Shown piece by piece: positions 48,252 through 59,002 of a stretch of 64,000 nt of DNA. The notes beneath the pieces were generated by a model. The model had not been told where the DNA came from and did not search any database. It worked only from the letters and a program-made list of their open reading frames with translations. Source of the stretch: Candidatus Bathyarchaeota archaeon (GTDB lineage: Archaea > Thermoproteota > Bathyarchaeia > TCS64); assembly GCA_963771885.1 (NCBI GenBank), contig CAVYVF010000023.1, positions 800,001 through 864,000 of the forward strand, written 5' to 3'. The stretch's first letter is position 1. Every line of letters begins with the position of its first letter. The translations under genes and the position numbers were made by a program.

Positions 48252-48590
48252 TTACTCTTCCTCTTCCTTCTTCTTCTTCGGGGCCTTCTTGACCTCGACG
48301 TCCTCTTCCTTTCTGATGCTTATGGCGATGGTGGAGACGTTTCTCTTCCCGCCGTCCTGGCCCTCGAGTTCTTCTGTCCCGATTTCTACCTCGGGTTTTG
48401 TGACACCTGTTAGGAACCTGTTTCTACAGACCTCGGCGACATCGACCGCGGTGCTGATAGCTTGGCCTCTCGCCTTTAGGACGACGCCGTCTGCGCCCTT
48501 CTGGTTAAAGGCTGTGAGAACTGCCATTACGTAGGTCATTACGGGTTTGCTGCCGATGTAGATGATGCTGTCTTCTGTCATGTCGATCAT
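48252..48590 (-). CDS. albA: DNA/RNA-binding protein Alba
   Basis: IYIGSKPVMTYV, LKARGQAISTAVDVAE, NVSTIAI. Confidence 0.95.
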   Translation of the reverse strand: MIDMTEDSIIYIGSKPVMTYVMAVLTAFNQKGADGVVLKARGQAISTAVDVAEVCRNRFLTGVTKPEVEIGTEELEGQDGGKRNVSTIAISIRKEEDVEVKKAPKKKKEEEE

Positions 48591-48723
48591 GTAGACGTAG
48601 CTGCAGTGCTTAAAAAAGTATAGAGTCTCTCCCGTTGTATGGATGAAGACGCTGAATTGGTTCTAGCGTTGAAGAGGTACGGGATGCATCCAACTTTTTA
48701 GGAGTAAGATACAACATCTACCC

Positions 48724-49198
48724 GTGTCGGTTCACGACTCATTCATGAGGCGAGCGTTCGACCTCGCGGCTTCTGCAGCCTCCAAGGGTAACCACCCATT
48801 CGGCGCCGTCCTCGTCTACTCAGGCGAGGTCACACTCACCGCCGAGAACACTGTTAACACGAGCATGGACCAGACGCGCCACGCCGAATTAAACCTAGTC
48901 GCCGAGGCACGTAGAACCTATCCCCAGCGACCACCTCTCCGAGTGTACGCTCTATGCGAGCACCGCTCCCTGCCCCATGTGCGCCTACGCTATCTGGGAG
49001 GCAGGGATAAAGCGGATCGTCTACGGGGTAACATACGAAACATTCGCCAGACTCGTAACAAAGGGTGCCCCCTACATCACTGTAGAGGAAATCTATAAGC
49101 AACTCAAGACACCCGCCGAGATCATCGGTGGAGTGCTAGAGGAAGAAGGAACAAGGGTATATAGAAACTGGCCCAAGCCGAAGATCAATCACGCTTAG
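48724..49198 (+). CDS. Nucleoside/guanine deaminase family; frameshift near 48925
   Basis: GNHPFGAVLV, HAE; PCPMC..AI..AGIKRIVYG in a second frame. Confidence 0.85.
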
Positions 49199-51988
49199 CT
49201 ATCCCTGCTCGTGAGGTATTTCCTGACCTCATCTATGAGTAGGACTGTAGGGGCGAGAAGGGATAGTGTGAGCCAGTCCGCGGGTCCAGCGCTGCAGTGC
49301 CGAAGATAGGCTGTAGGAATGGCACGTAGACGATCGCCGCGAGCAGCGCGAGTTCGATAAGAATTCCGATTGGTATCCACCTGTTTGTAAATGGGTTCGA
49401 TTTGAGGGCGGAGTGGAGCCCGACGCGTGTCGAGATCGAGGTTGCCGAGCTGCCCCGCCATTATGCCGACCATCACAGCGGTAGTCCCCATAGCGTAAAC
49501 CCGCGGGTCGGCGATGGTCGGCAGAGCCATACTGCCACCCCCCGCGCGTCCAGACGTCAAAGGCGTAGAGCACCGAGACGGCGCCGACGACAACACCGAT
49601 GATGGCTGCTCTCCCAACGTATCCCAAATCCATCAGCTTGACACTCCTCGCCCTCGGAGGCCTCTTCAGCACATCCGACTCGGGCGGCTCTGTGATGAGC
49701 GCGAGTGAGACGGGTATCTCAAGTATCAGGTCGATGGCGAGGACCTGGACCACGAGTAGGGGAAGCGGGATGCCCAGGATTATAAAGGCGACGAAGGTCA
49801 CCAGCTCGGCGAAGTTGTGGGTGTAGACGTAGTAGACGAACTTGCGTAGGTTGTCGTACGTCGCCCTGCCGAGCCTGAGCCCCTCGACGATCGATGTGAA
49901 GTCGTTGTCGAGGAGCACCATGTCAGCGGACTCCCGCGCCACGTCGGTGCCGCCTGCCCCCATGGCGATGCCGACGTTCGCCTCAATCAGTGCAGGGGAG
50001 TCGTTCACACCGTCCCCGGTGACGGCGACCGTCTCCCCCTTTGCCATGAGTGCACTTACAACCCTCAGCTTATGCTCAGGGGTCGTCCTCGCAAACACGA
50101 TATCCCCAGAGTCGAGAATCCGCGACAACTCCTCGTCGCTCATCTCGTTCAACTCGGCGCCGGTCACAGCCACGTGGCCCGAGTCGGGTAGGATGCCGAC
50201 CCTTCTCGCGATAGCCTCCGCCGTTAACTCATGATCACCGGTGATCATGATGACCTTGACGCCGGCGCTCTTGGCCTGGCGTACGGCTGCCTCAGTCTTA
50301 GGCCTCGGAGGGTCGCGCAGGGCGGCGAGACCGAGTAGGGTCATCTCCTTCTCGACCTCGGGGCCCACATCGGTGCCGCTGGGTAACTCCCTAGAAGCCA
50401 TAGCGAGCACCCTGTAACCCTCAGACGCGAAGGTGGTTATCTGGCGCGTTATCTCGGCAATCGTCGTGTCGGTTAGTGGCTCGACCTTACCGTCATTGAA
50501 TATCGATGTGCAACGCGCTAACACGTCGTAACATGATCCCTTCGTGTATGCCTTACTTGAACCGCTATTAGTAGCATGGATAGAGGTCATCATCCTCCTC
50601 GCCGAGTCGAATGGGAGAAGTCCCGTACGGGGTTTCTCAGCCAACGCGATTGCGGCGTTGAAGTCGCCTTTGCCGGCGAAGACGAGGAAGGCGCCGTCCG
50701 TGGGGTCGCCTAGGACCGACCACCGCTCAATTCTATCAGTCGGGGCAACAAGTTTTGCGTTGGTACAGAAGGCGGAGACCTCGAAGAGGCTGACGAGGTG
50801 GGGCCTCTCCCCCGGGTTATGCGCCTGCCCTCGACGGTGACGAAACCCTCGGGGCTGTATCCATCGCCCGTGACCTCGAAGACCTTCCCCGTCGCCCAGA
50901 GCTTCTCCACCATCATCTCCCCGCTAGTTATCGTCCCCGTCTTGTCGACGCAGAGTACGGTCATCGAGCCGATGGTCTCTATCGCGGAGAGGCGTTTGAC
51001 GACAACGTTCCTCTTCGCCATGCCAAGTGCGGTGATGGCGAGGCTCAGTGAGACGGTGAGCTGGAAGCCCTCGGGGACGAGGCTGATCATTACTCCGATT
51101 GCGAATAGTATGCTCTCGATTACTGTGAGGTTGACGAAGCTCTTGGCGACGAGGAAGAAAGAGTGCCCACGGCGACGGAGAGAATGAGATTGAGCTTCGC
51201 CGTTCTGTCGATGTCCCTCTGCAGGGGGCTGAGGGGTTCCTCGATCTGACTTGAGAGGGCGACGATTCTCCCGAACTGGGTATCCTTCCCAGTCGTTAAG
51301 AACTACTCCCTCGCTACACCTGAGACAATCGTGGTGCCCGCGAAGAGCAGGTTCTGATACTCCACCGCATTGTTAACAGTCATCCCCGGCGTCATGTCGA
51401 CGAAGCGTCTAAGCGCCTCGGATTCGCCGGTGAGAATCGAGTTGTCGACGGAGACTTCGAAGGCGCTGACGAGGCGGAGGTCGGCAGGAACCCTGTCCCC
51501 CTCGTTGAGGACAACAATGTCCCCCGGCACTACATTACGGCACCTCGACTTCGACCTCGACGCATCGCGGAAGACCTTGGCTTTCGTCGGAATCATCTTG
51601 GTGATGGTCTGGACGGCCTGCTCGGCGCGGTACTCCTGGAAGATGCTGAATGCGACGTTGATTATCACGACCGCCAGTATTGCGGCCCCCATCTGGATCG
51701 AGCCCGGGTCGCTGTAGGCGTACCCACTAAAGAAGCTGAGTGCCGAGGCGAAGAGGAGCAGAAGGTTGAATGCGTTCCTGATCTGGAGGATTATTCTGCT
51801 CGTTAGGCTCCTTTTCTTGGCGTGGGAAGTGTATTGGGGCCGTATTTCTGCAGCCTATCCGCTGCCTTGTCCTCGGTTAACCCGTCTGGGCCTGACTGAA
51901 GGCGCCTGTAGACCTCATCGACCCTCGATAAAGCGTATTCGTCGTAGCCTGACCTCTCCCCCACCCACCATCCCCCCCGAAATAGCAT
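49195..51988 (-). CDS. Cation-transporting P-type ATPase (P2-like), broken by several frameshifts
   Basis: YGPN, TGES, PEG, DKTGT, DPPR, MITGD, GDGVND motifs in order across frames. Confidence 0.88.
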
Positions 51989-52092
51989 AAACTAAATCTG
52001 TCTCTCTCTCAACCCCGAATCTCATTGAAGATAATCTTTAGTGATTATATCAGTGGTGCCGTTTGGCACCGTATCTAGAAGACGGGACCGAG

Positions 52093-52287
52093 TTACAACT
52101 CGGTCTTGGCGCAGGTGATCTTTGCTAGGACTTCGTCCGCCGCCTTCGCCTCGAGCTTTATGGTGAAGAGGTTGCCGGGAGTCCTCAGCTTGAGCTTGGT
52201 GACCTCGCCGAGCTTCTTGACTTTGCACTCGCTCGCCTTCTCGGATATCTTGAGGAACTCGTCTACGTTTGTGATCTCTTTCGGCAT
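52093..52287 (-). CDS. rpl38e: 50S ribosomal protein L38e (eL38)
   Basis: MPKEITNVDEFL...KVKK...TKLKLRT..LFT matches the eL38 pattern. Confidence 0.85.
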   Translation of the reverse strand: MPKEITNVDEFLKISEKASECKVKKLGEVTKLKLRTPGNLFTIKLEAKAADEVLAKITCAKTEL

Positions 52288-52346
52288 AGCCTACACCGTG
52301 TCTTGACAAATGAAATGGAGGAGGATATTTAGCCTTTCGGTCAGTG

Positions 52347-53606
52347 CTAGACCTCGAACTCTTCGCCCTGTTTGGGTGCGGTCGCCTTGAGGCCGACCTC
52401 GTCCTGCGCCCATTGGGCGAGGAAGTCGCAGCTGTCCGGCTCGCCGTGGATGACGTAGATGTCCGGCTTACCCTTGAGTCCCTTTATGAAGTTCTGGAGG
52501 GGCGTCGCTCCTGTGTGGCTGCTGAAGTCGAAGTGGCGAACCTTTGCGAGGACCTTCTCGTCCCTCTCGGCGACGTTGAAGGTGCCCTGCTCGAGGAGCT
52601 TGTTGCCGCCTGTGCCGGGGACCTGGAAGCTGACGAGGAAGATCGCGTTCTCTGGGCGGAAGCCCAGTTTCTCCATGTAGAAGACGGCCGTGCCTCCCTG
52701 AAGCATACCGCTCGGGGCGACGATGACGTCCGCCTGGCTGATCGCCTTGCGCCTGTCTCTCCAGCCCCTGACTTCTTGGACGCGCATGCACGCCTGCTCG
52801 AACTGTGCCGGAGTCTTTACCGAGTCCTGCTTGTCTAGCAGTATGCGGTCAACCGCACGCGCCATTCCGTCGATGACCATAGTGCCCTCGAAGCCGTGCG
52901 CGTGGAGAATGTTGAACATCTCCTGGCTCCTGCCCACCGCGAATGCGGGGACGAGGACCTTGCCGCCCTCGTTCACCACGTCCTTGACGGCTTTCACGAA
53001 GTCGATCTCTAACTGCTTTCTCTCTGGGTGATCGTGCGTCGCGTAAGTCGACTCGATTACTACGGCGTCATACTTCTTCTTCGGCACCTTCGCGGCGGTG
53101 CAGATCCTCGTCTCCACCGTGTTGAAGTCGCTCGTGTAGAGTATGTTCTTCCCGTTTGTCTCGATGTCGACCATTGCTGAGCCGGGGATGTGCCCCGCGT
53201 TCTGCAGGTTGAAGTTGATGTCCTTGAGCTTGACCTCCTGCCCGTAGGCGAGGTCGTTCTTCTGCTTCATCATGTTGTCAAGCTCGATGTACTCGAAGGG
53301 CAAGTAGTAGTTGTTGAGCTTGATCATGTCTTCGATGAGTAGCTTCGATATTTCGGCCGTCGTAGCCGTGCAGAAGAGTGGCTTCTTCTCGCTGAGGTAG
53401 AACATGGGAACCCCGCCGCTATGATCGAGGTGCGCGTGGGCGAGTACGATTCCGTCGAGGTCCTTCGCCCTTACGTGGGCGGGGAACTCGGTCGGCTCGC
53501 CGATCTTGACGCCGTATTCTAGTAGTAATTTGGCCTCATTCGTCTGAAGGAGAACCGCATTACGGCCTACCTCATGGGTTCCACCCATGAATCCTAACTT
53601 TACCAT
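52347..53606 (-). CDS. MBL-fold beta-CASP ribonuclease (aCPSF2-like, no KH domains)
   Basis: GGTHEVGR, HAHLDHSG, AGHIPGS, ESTY, PAFAVGRSQE, FSSH, IHGE. Confidence 0.92.
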   Translation of the reverse strand: MVKLGFMGGTHEVGRNAVLLQTNEAKLLLEYGVKIGEPTEFPAHVRAKDLDGIVLAHAHLDHSGGVPMFYLSEKKPLFCTATTAEISKLLIEDMIKLNNYYLPFEYIELDNMMKQKNDLAYGQEVKLKDINFNLQNAGHIPGSAMVDIETNGKNILYTSDFNTVETRICTAAKVPKKKYDAVVIESTYATHDHPERKQLEIDFVKAVKDVVNEGGKVLVPAFAVGRSQEMFNILHAHGFEGTMVIDGMARAVDRILLDKQDSVKTPAQFEQACMRVQEVRGWRDRRKAISQADVIVAPSGMLQGGTAVFYMEKLGFRPENAIFLVSFQVPGTGGNKLLEQGTFNVAERDEKVLAKVRHFDFSSHTGATPLQNFIKGLKGKPDIYVIHGEPDSCDFLAQWAQDEVGLKATAPKQGEEFEV

Positions 53607-53741
53607 TGCTATCTATACCTATCCTAGGCAACGAAGCGACCCGCTTTTGTACAGGCATGTGCGCCTACGGATCGTCGAGTCCTTTCCCCGGCTACCTATC
53701 TGGTGTCCTGGGGGGACGGTGCATCTTTCCTTTTGGTGCAC
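53607..53741 (-). promoter_or_regulatory. Putative three-hairpin structured 5' leader of the beta-CASP RNase gene
   Basis: Minus strand: TTTTTAAG (53773-53766); stems GTGCA/TGCAC, GTCC-CCCC/GGGG-AAA-GGAC, CGATCCG-TAGGC/GCCTG-CGGGTCG. Confidence 0.5.
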
Positions 53742-53804
53742 TTATACCTTGCTGCTTATTCATCACTTAAAAATCTGATGGACGGTGCAACCACCGATTT
53801 GGGC

Positions 53805-55423
53805 TCATTTCCGGGTCTTGAGGGTGTTGGATAGGGCTTGGTATGCGTCGCTTGTCCAGGGATCGTTGCTCCAGATTGTGGTGAGGTTTATGCGGGCTTG
53901 GTTGCAGGCGTCCATGAGGGTGGACTCGACCTCGTCGTCGAGGTCGCCTTTTCCTCTGTGTATGTAGACGGCTCTGTGTCCGCTCTTGGTCACGTATTCG
54001 GCGACGGCGCTGTGCGGTGTAGCGGATGGTCTCATGGTCTAGTGGGGTCGCTATCTCGAACTGGCTGAGGGGATAGGTCTCGGATAGGTCTGCGGGCACG
54101 ACTCCGTATGGGGCGGCGTAGAAGCAGAAGTGGAGTCCATCGGTGTCCTTCCCCCATCTCGTTGTATAGGTGCTGGCGTAGGCGTCTGTACTCCTCACTT
54201 CCATCGAAGGGACGGTGGGGAGGCGTAGTTATGAGTAGTAGCGTATCAGCAGCTGTTGGTCTCTGGTAGTTGTCCTTGAGGAGGCGTTTGTATCGTGTCA
54301 CCTCGGGGCGGGCTAGGCTGTGCTGGTCGTAGTAGAAGACGCCGTGACCCTTGAAAGCCGGGCTTCCCCTCTCGAGGTCGTCTCGGTACTCCCCGAGGTG
54401 CTTGAGGGCGGATGTCATCGCTGGGTGTCCCCTGGCGCGTCTCTCGACGAGGTCGTAGAGGCTCCCCTCGTGGATCGCCTGCTTGACGGCGTCGATCTCT
54501 GCCATGCAAACGTGTAGGTTGTGCTCGGCGAGGAGTCGCTCGCGCTCCGCTTTCGTCGCGTTCTTGAGTCCGTCGGCGCCGTGTTGCCTGCAGACTGGGC
54601 AGCTGCATGGGAGGTAGTTGACGTCCTCGAGGCGGAGAGTGCCATGGGGTGTCATGTAGCGCCCGTCCTTCGCGTAGAGTGCGTAGCTGGCGGAGTCGAA
54701 TAGGTCGCAGCCCAGAGCCGCGGCGAGGCTGAACATCATTGGGTGTCCAGCACCGAAGAGGTGAAGGGGACGATCCGGGGGCAGGTTGCGCTTCGCTATC
54801 GCGATCATGTCGACGAGAACAGGAAACATGTAGCGCTCCATGACCTCAGTGGGGCTGCCAAGGGCATGTATCTGGAATGGCATCGCGCCGATGCTCTTTG
54901 CCGACTTTGCGACGAGATCCAGATGCTTGCCCCCCTGCACTGGTCCGACCCAGAGGGCGTCGCTGTCCTCGATGAGAGGTAGCGCCGCCTCGGCTCGGCG
55001 AAGCGTCTCGTCGACCGTGAACTCGACCTTCTCGCGGGGGACGTCCCAACCTGTGGGTATGTCGAGGATGACGGCTATGTCGCTCCCTATCTTCATCTGG
55101 TACTCGATGATCTCGGGTTGCGTGACCTCTACTCCGCCATAGACGAGTATCTGATAGGCTCCAGAGTCCGTCATGACGACCCCGTCATAGTCGAGAAGCT
55201 TGTGTATGTCGAGATTTGGGACGGAGCCGAAGTTACGCTTGGCGAGGTAACTGTTCGTGATGACTATGTCAGCGTGGAACTCCTTCCTCATCCTTTTCGG
55301 CGGGATGACCTGAGTGAGAGGGTTGATGACGGGCATGAAGGCGGGGGTCTCTACCGTGCCCCCCTTTGTCTTGAGGCGCCCGATCCTCCCCATGAGGTCC
55401 CTGTCCCTGAGCTCAAATGCCAT
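53805..55423 (-). CDS. tgtA: Archaeosine tRNA-guanine(15) transglycosylase, catalytic part; two frameshifts near the 3' end
   Basis: ETPAFMPV, MTDSGAYQ, LDIPT, PVQGG, HLFGAGHP, DLFDSASY, CSCPVC, HNL. Confidence 0.95.
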
Positions 55424-55531
55424 ATTGTGCTGGGGTGTGTGACGCCGGGTATTTCACCTTGGCGGAAAGAATGGATCGACCCACAGAGGAAAACGCCCAC
55501 AATCTGCAGTTGAAAAAAATTGGGGCTCTTA

Positions 55532-55954
55532 TCAGCCCTGTGTCTCTGCCTTGAACCTCGCGAAGATGTCTCTGACCCTGTCGGCGGCGGGACCCGTACC
55601 CTCGATGACGCCGGTCTCGTTGAGCCTTATCTTGCCCATGACGATGATTATCCTTGCCTCAGGGACGATCTGGACCATGTTGGGGAACACCTTCTCGAGC
55701 CTCTCCTTCAACCCCTCGAGGTTGAAGGGCCTCTCGGATGCGAGTATGCGGGCTACACTGGCGCCGGCGATGAAGACTCTGTGCGCCTTCCCGCGCTCCG
55801 TGTTCACATTGCCTAGGCAGATGCTCAGCGTGTTCTGGTCGTAGCCGAGTAGCTCGCCGTCGTAGGACTTGCCTGCGATGTCGAAGACCGCGACGGGCTT
55901 GCCCACAAGGAGGCCGAGTTCCTCGAAGAATTTCCTGCTGGTTACAGCCGCCAT
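55532..55954 (-). CDS. Lsm/SmAP3-type RNA-binding protein
   Basis: Sm fold (GKSYDGELLGYD..LSICL) plus C-terminal domain (LEKVFPNMV...GTGPAADRV). Confidence 0.88.
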   Translation of the reverse strand: MAAVTSRKFFEELGLLVGKPVAVFDIAGKSYDGELLGYDQNTLSICLGNVNTERGKAHRVFIAGASVARILASERPFNLEGLKERLEKVFPNMVQIVPEARIIIVMGKIRLNETGVIEGTGPAADRVRDIFARFKAETQG

Positions 55955-56035
55955 CTTCTCTAACCTCTAGACCACAGATACCCATCCCATATATAAAAAT
56001 GCCAAAGTCTGCCGCTGGGTGGATTTGCTGTCAAT

Positions 56036-56266
56036 CTACGGGTTGAGCCGCCTGAAGGTTGGAGTGTAGTCCTCGCCGCCGCCCTCCTTAGCCTTCATAG
56101 CCTTCATGAGGGCGGTTGCCTCGGCGGGCGTCTCGGCGCGCCCGTAAACGCGTAGGGTTCGGAGGTCTGTTCTGCCGTTGCAGTTAGGGCATGTGCGGGT
56201 CTGGTTCGCGGTGTTTGCGAGCATGAGTTCGCTGCAGCGCGGGCACCTCACGACTATATACATCAT
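56036..56266 (-). CDS. DUF1922-like zinc-ribbon protein
   Basis: YIVVRCPRC...RTCPNC. Confidence 0.75.
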   Translation of the reverse strand: MMYIVVRCPRCSELMLANTANQTRTCPNCNGRTDLRTLRVYGRAETPAEATALMKAMKAKEGGGEDYTPTFRRLNP

Positions 56267-56841
56267 AGTTCCCTCAGTAGCGCCTCGGTCTCGGGGTGGC
56301 TCATCCAGTCTACCTCGCCGTGGGTAGGCTCGACCTCACCGTCGAGCGCCGCCATGATTAACCTTACAGTGTCCTCGGGATCTCCACTTGTTGTGTCTAT
56401 CTCGAGCACCTTGATGGGTTCCTGCGCGGCGAGGGCGTCAGCGAGGCACGTGCCGAGCAACTCGGCCTCGACGTTCTCCCTGACTTTGCGGGTACTATAG
56501 CCGCGTGCCTTCAACTCCTCCCTCAGCACCCATGGTGCGCGCCGGAGGACAACCGTGAGGCTCGTATCATCGCGCGGCGCGACCTCGGGCGAGTAGTGGC
56601 CGTCTATAACTACGTCCCCCGAGGTGCTCGCGACTATGTTCAGTATAGCGTGCCTGAGCGCCCTCATGTCAGCGATCGTCGTGGCACGCCCTTGGTCCCA
56701 GCCCTGGCTGAGGCCACCATCCTTGACGAGGCGGGTCAACTCGATGTGCTCAGCGTGCAGTTCCGCGGCAAGGAGGGTAGAAACAGTCGTCTTGCCGGTG
56801 CCCGGTACTCCGGTGACGACGATGAGTTGCCGTTCGACCAT
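56263..56841 (-). CDS. Adenylate kinase, AK6/Fap7 family
   Basis: TGVPGTGKTT, VVIDGH, RGYSTRKVRENVEAE, EIDTT. Confidence 0.9.
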   Translation of the reverse strand: MVERQLIVVTGVPGTGKTTVSTLLAAELHAEHIELTRLVKDGGLSQGWDQGRATTIADMRALRHAILNIVASTSGDVVIDGHYSPEVAPRDDTSLTVVLRRAPWVLREELKARGYSTRKVRENVEAELLGTCLADALAAQEPIKVLEIDTTSGDPEDTVRLIMAALDGEVEPTHGEVDWMSHPETEALLREL

Positions 56842-56853
56842 TTCGGATTCCGC

Positions 56854-57369
56854 TTAGGGCTTTTCGCTTTCTGCCTTCATCTTTAGCATGTCGCCGATGG
56901 TCTTCGCGCCCGTCGCCTTCGCCAGAATCTTCCCTTTATCCGTGTCGATCCTCTCCACGATGTCGAGGCTGAGATACTTTTTGATCTTTGAGATCAGCCT
57001 GTTGTCAGGCGTTAGCTCCTGCTTCTCGAGGTTCTTTACGACGGACTCCTTTTCCTGCATCTTCTTCGCGAGATCCTTTTCGCTGAGACCTAGCTTCTGA
57101 CGCGCCTTCCTGATCTCCTTGCCGTAGTCCTCGATAAGTTCGAGTGATTCGACTGTTTCGACGTCGTTTCGCACTCGTTTTCGTGGTGCGGGCTGGGGGC
57201 TCGTCTGAACCCAGCCGCTCGGCGCAGCCTTGACAGGCGCTGGCCTGCTAGTTCCCCACTCACTTGAGCCGAACTGAGCGCACTTACCACAAACCGTGAG
57301 TTTAGCGCCCTCTATCACTTGTTTCTGGGGTGGCCCCATTATCTCTTTTCCACAAACCTCGCATCTCAT
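56854..57369 (-). CDS. mbf1: Multiprotein bridging factor aMBF1
   Basis: MRCEVCG...IEGAKLTVCGKC zinc ribbon, HTH IRKARQKLGLS, TIGD. Confidence 0.93.
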   Translation of the reverse strand: MRCEVCGKEIMGPPQKQVIEGAKLTVCGKCAQFGSSEWGTSRPAPVKAAPSGWVQTSPQPAPRKRVRNDVETVESLELIEDYGKEIRKARQKLGLSEKDLAKKMQEKESVVKNLEKQELTPDNRLISKIKKYLSLDIVERIDTDKGKILAKATGAKTIGDMLKMKAESEKP

Positions 57370-57703
57370 GGCGGAGCCTCACATATGAGGCGAGAAATCA
57401 ACTTATAAAGGAAAGCGTCTCCGAAAAGCCGGACGATGCCGTCTCTCCACATCGTCCACTGCCCCATTCACCTTCTCGAAGAACTGCGCGCACAAGGAGT
57501 TGGAAAGCAACAACAGGGTCGATTCAAGTCTACTGCGGGACACTTACGCCAATTTTGAGGTGGCGCTCGATCCGGAGAGGTGGCGCGCAATGCTGGAGAC
57601 CTCAACAAGGGACTTTAGAACCTCATCTAGAGCACGAAGACTAGGCTGAGAAGGAGCACACCAGCAACACCTAATAACGGATTGTTCACCCATCTGAGGT
57701 GAA

Positions 57704-58171
57704 ATGGATGCTGACCTGAGGCGGATACGCGCCGTTGCCGATTTCCAGTATGGCCGGGGGGCTGGCGCCGCCCTCTTCCCAGACGAGGTGCGCATCGTCC
57801 ACTCCCGTAATACGGGGAGGATCAGGCACATCTACATCGATAAGGAGCTTCAGGCGACCTTCCGTCCGACCGATGGCGTCTTCACACTCACGATGGCAGC
57901 CGCCAAACGCCTCATTGAGTTGGTCCCCGACCTCACCTATGTCGTCGAGGTGACCGAAGACGCTGCCGAGTTCGTGGCTCAGGGAAAGAACGTCTTCGCC
58001 AAACACGTTACATGCGCTGGGGATAAGTTACGCCCCGGAGACGAGGTCATAATAACCTCAAAGCAGGGCGTGATAGGCGTCGGAAAAGCGCTCCTCCTAG
58101 CCGAGGAAATGAAGGCGTTCAAGACCGGTGTCGCCGTAAGGACCCGCCGCGGATCGGAGACGGACGCCTAA
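57704..58171 (+). CDS. TGT C2 + PUA domain protein (separate C-terminal part of archaeosine TGT)
   Basis: RIRAVADFQYGRGAG, TGRIR, GKNVFAKHV, RPGDEV, GVAVRTRRG. Confidence 0.88.
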   Translation: MDADLRRIRAVADFQYGRGAGAALFPDEVRIVHSRNTGRIRHIYIDKELQATFRPTDGVFTLTMAAAKRLIELVPDLTYVVEVTEDAAEFVAQGKNVFAKHVTCAGDKLRPGDEVIITSKQGVIGVGKALLLAEEMKAFKTGVAVRTRRGSETDA

Positions 58172-59002
58172 CTACTTCTCGAACTTGTCGCCGAGCTTCG
58201 TCTTCTTCCGCGTTTCACCCTTGCTGAAGTGGGCGAGGCGGGCAGCGGAGTCGTTTCCCTTCTCCATCTCCCTCGCCTCGTCGGCGGTCTTCGCCGCTTG
58301 TCGGAGCAGCTCGTGCGCTGCGGCGAGAATGGGTAGGTACCTCTCTGGCTCCTCGACCTTGAAGGTGCCCTCGGTGCTGAGATTCGCGACGCGGCGGCTT
58401 GCCTCGAATGCCGCCATCGCCTTACCCTGCGCAAAGGGATTCAAGATATGAGCTGCTGCGAGGGCCGCCTCCTTCTCGATAACCACCTGTGGCAGCGTCG
58501 GTTTCTCGCCCTTCCCAATCTGCTCGATGACCTTGTCAAGTTCCTGCTGAACTATCCTGAACGAGCCGGTGACGGCGAGGACCCTTATAGCGTCCGCGTT
58601 GAAGAGCGCCATCTCGACGGGATCGAGGAAGCTCTGCTTAGCGCCAATCATCGGGTCGTTGGTGACGACGATGTATCCGACGCCTTCAACTGGGTTCTCT
58701 TTCAGCGTTTTCCTGCTCGGCTCGTCGGAGACGACGATGATGGGTTTCCCTGCGACTCTGAGTGCCTCGCGCGCCTTTGTCGGCCCAGGCATAGCGGCGT
58801 TCGGTGAAACTACGACGTAGAGGTCCGAGGGGATGCCTAGTGCCAATTTCGCCACCTCCAGTGAGGCGTCCTCCTCCATACTAACACTCGAGGAGACGAC
58901 CCTCATCTGAAGGTCCTTACGCCCACTCCTCTCGTCGAGCAAGGCGTCAATCAGCGTAGTAGTTGCGATGTACCCGATCTTCACGAAAGTGACCTTAACC
59001 AC
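58172..59002 (-). CDS. mtd: F420-dependent methylene-H4MPT dehydrogenase
   Basis: LLDERSGRKD, SPNAAMPGPTKARE, DPMIGAKQSFLDPVEMALFNAD, AHELLRQAA..ADEAREMEK. Confidence 0.87.
   Translation of the reverse strand: MVKVTFVKIGYIATTTLIDALLDERSGRKDLQMRVVSSSVSMEEDASLEVAKLALGIPSDLYVVVSPNAAMPGPTKAREALRVAGKPIIVVSDEPSRKTLKENPVEGVGYIVVTNDPMIGAKQSFLDPVEMALFNADAIRVLAVTGSFRIVQQELDKVIEQIGKGEKPTLPQVVIEKEAALAAAHILNPFAQGKAMAAFEASRRVANLSTEGTFKVEEPERYLPILAAAHELLRQAAKTADEAREMEKGNDSAARLAHFSKGETRKKTKLGDKFEK

Noticed and set aside
48630..48685. Hairpin CCCGT...ACGCT..AGCGT...ACGGG between alba and the deaminase
   Set aside because: A single short hairpin with no recognisable boxes; could be chance
57370..57700. ORF 57330-57644 and alternative frames between mbf1 and the PUA gene
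   Set aside because: No recognisable motifs or convincing start; likely intergenic or a decayed remnant
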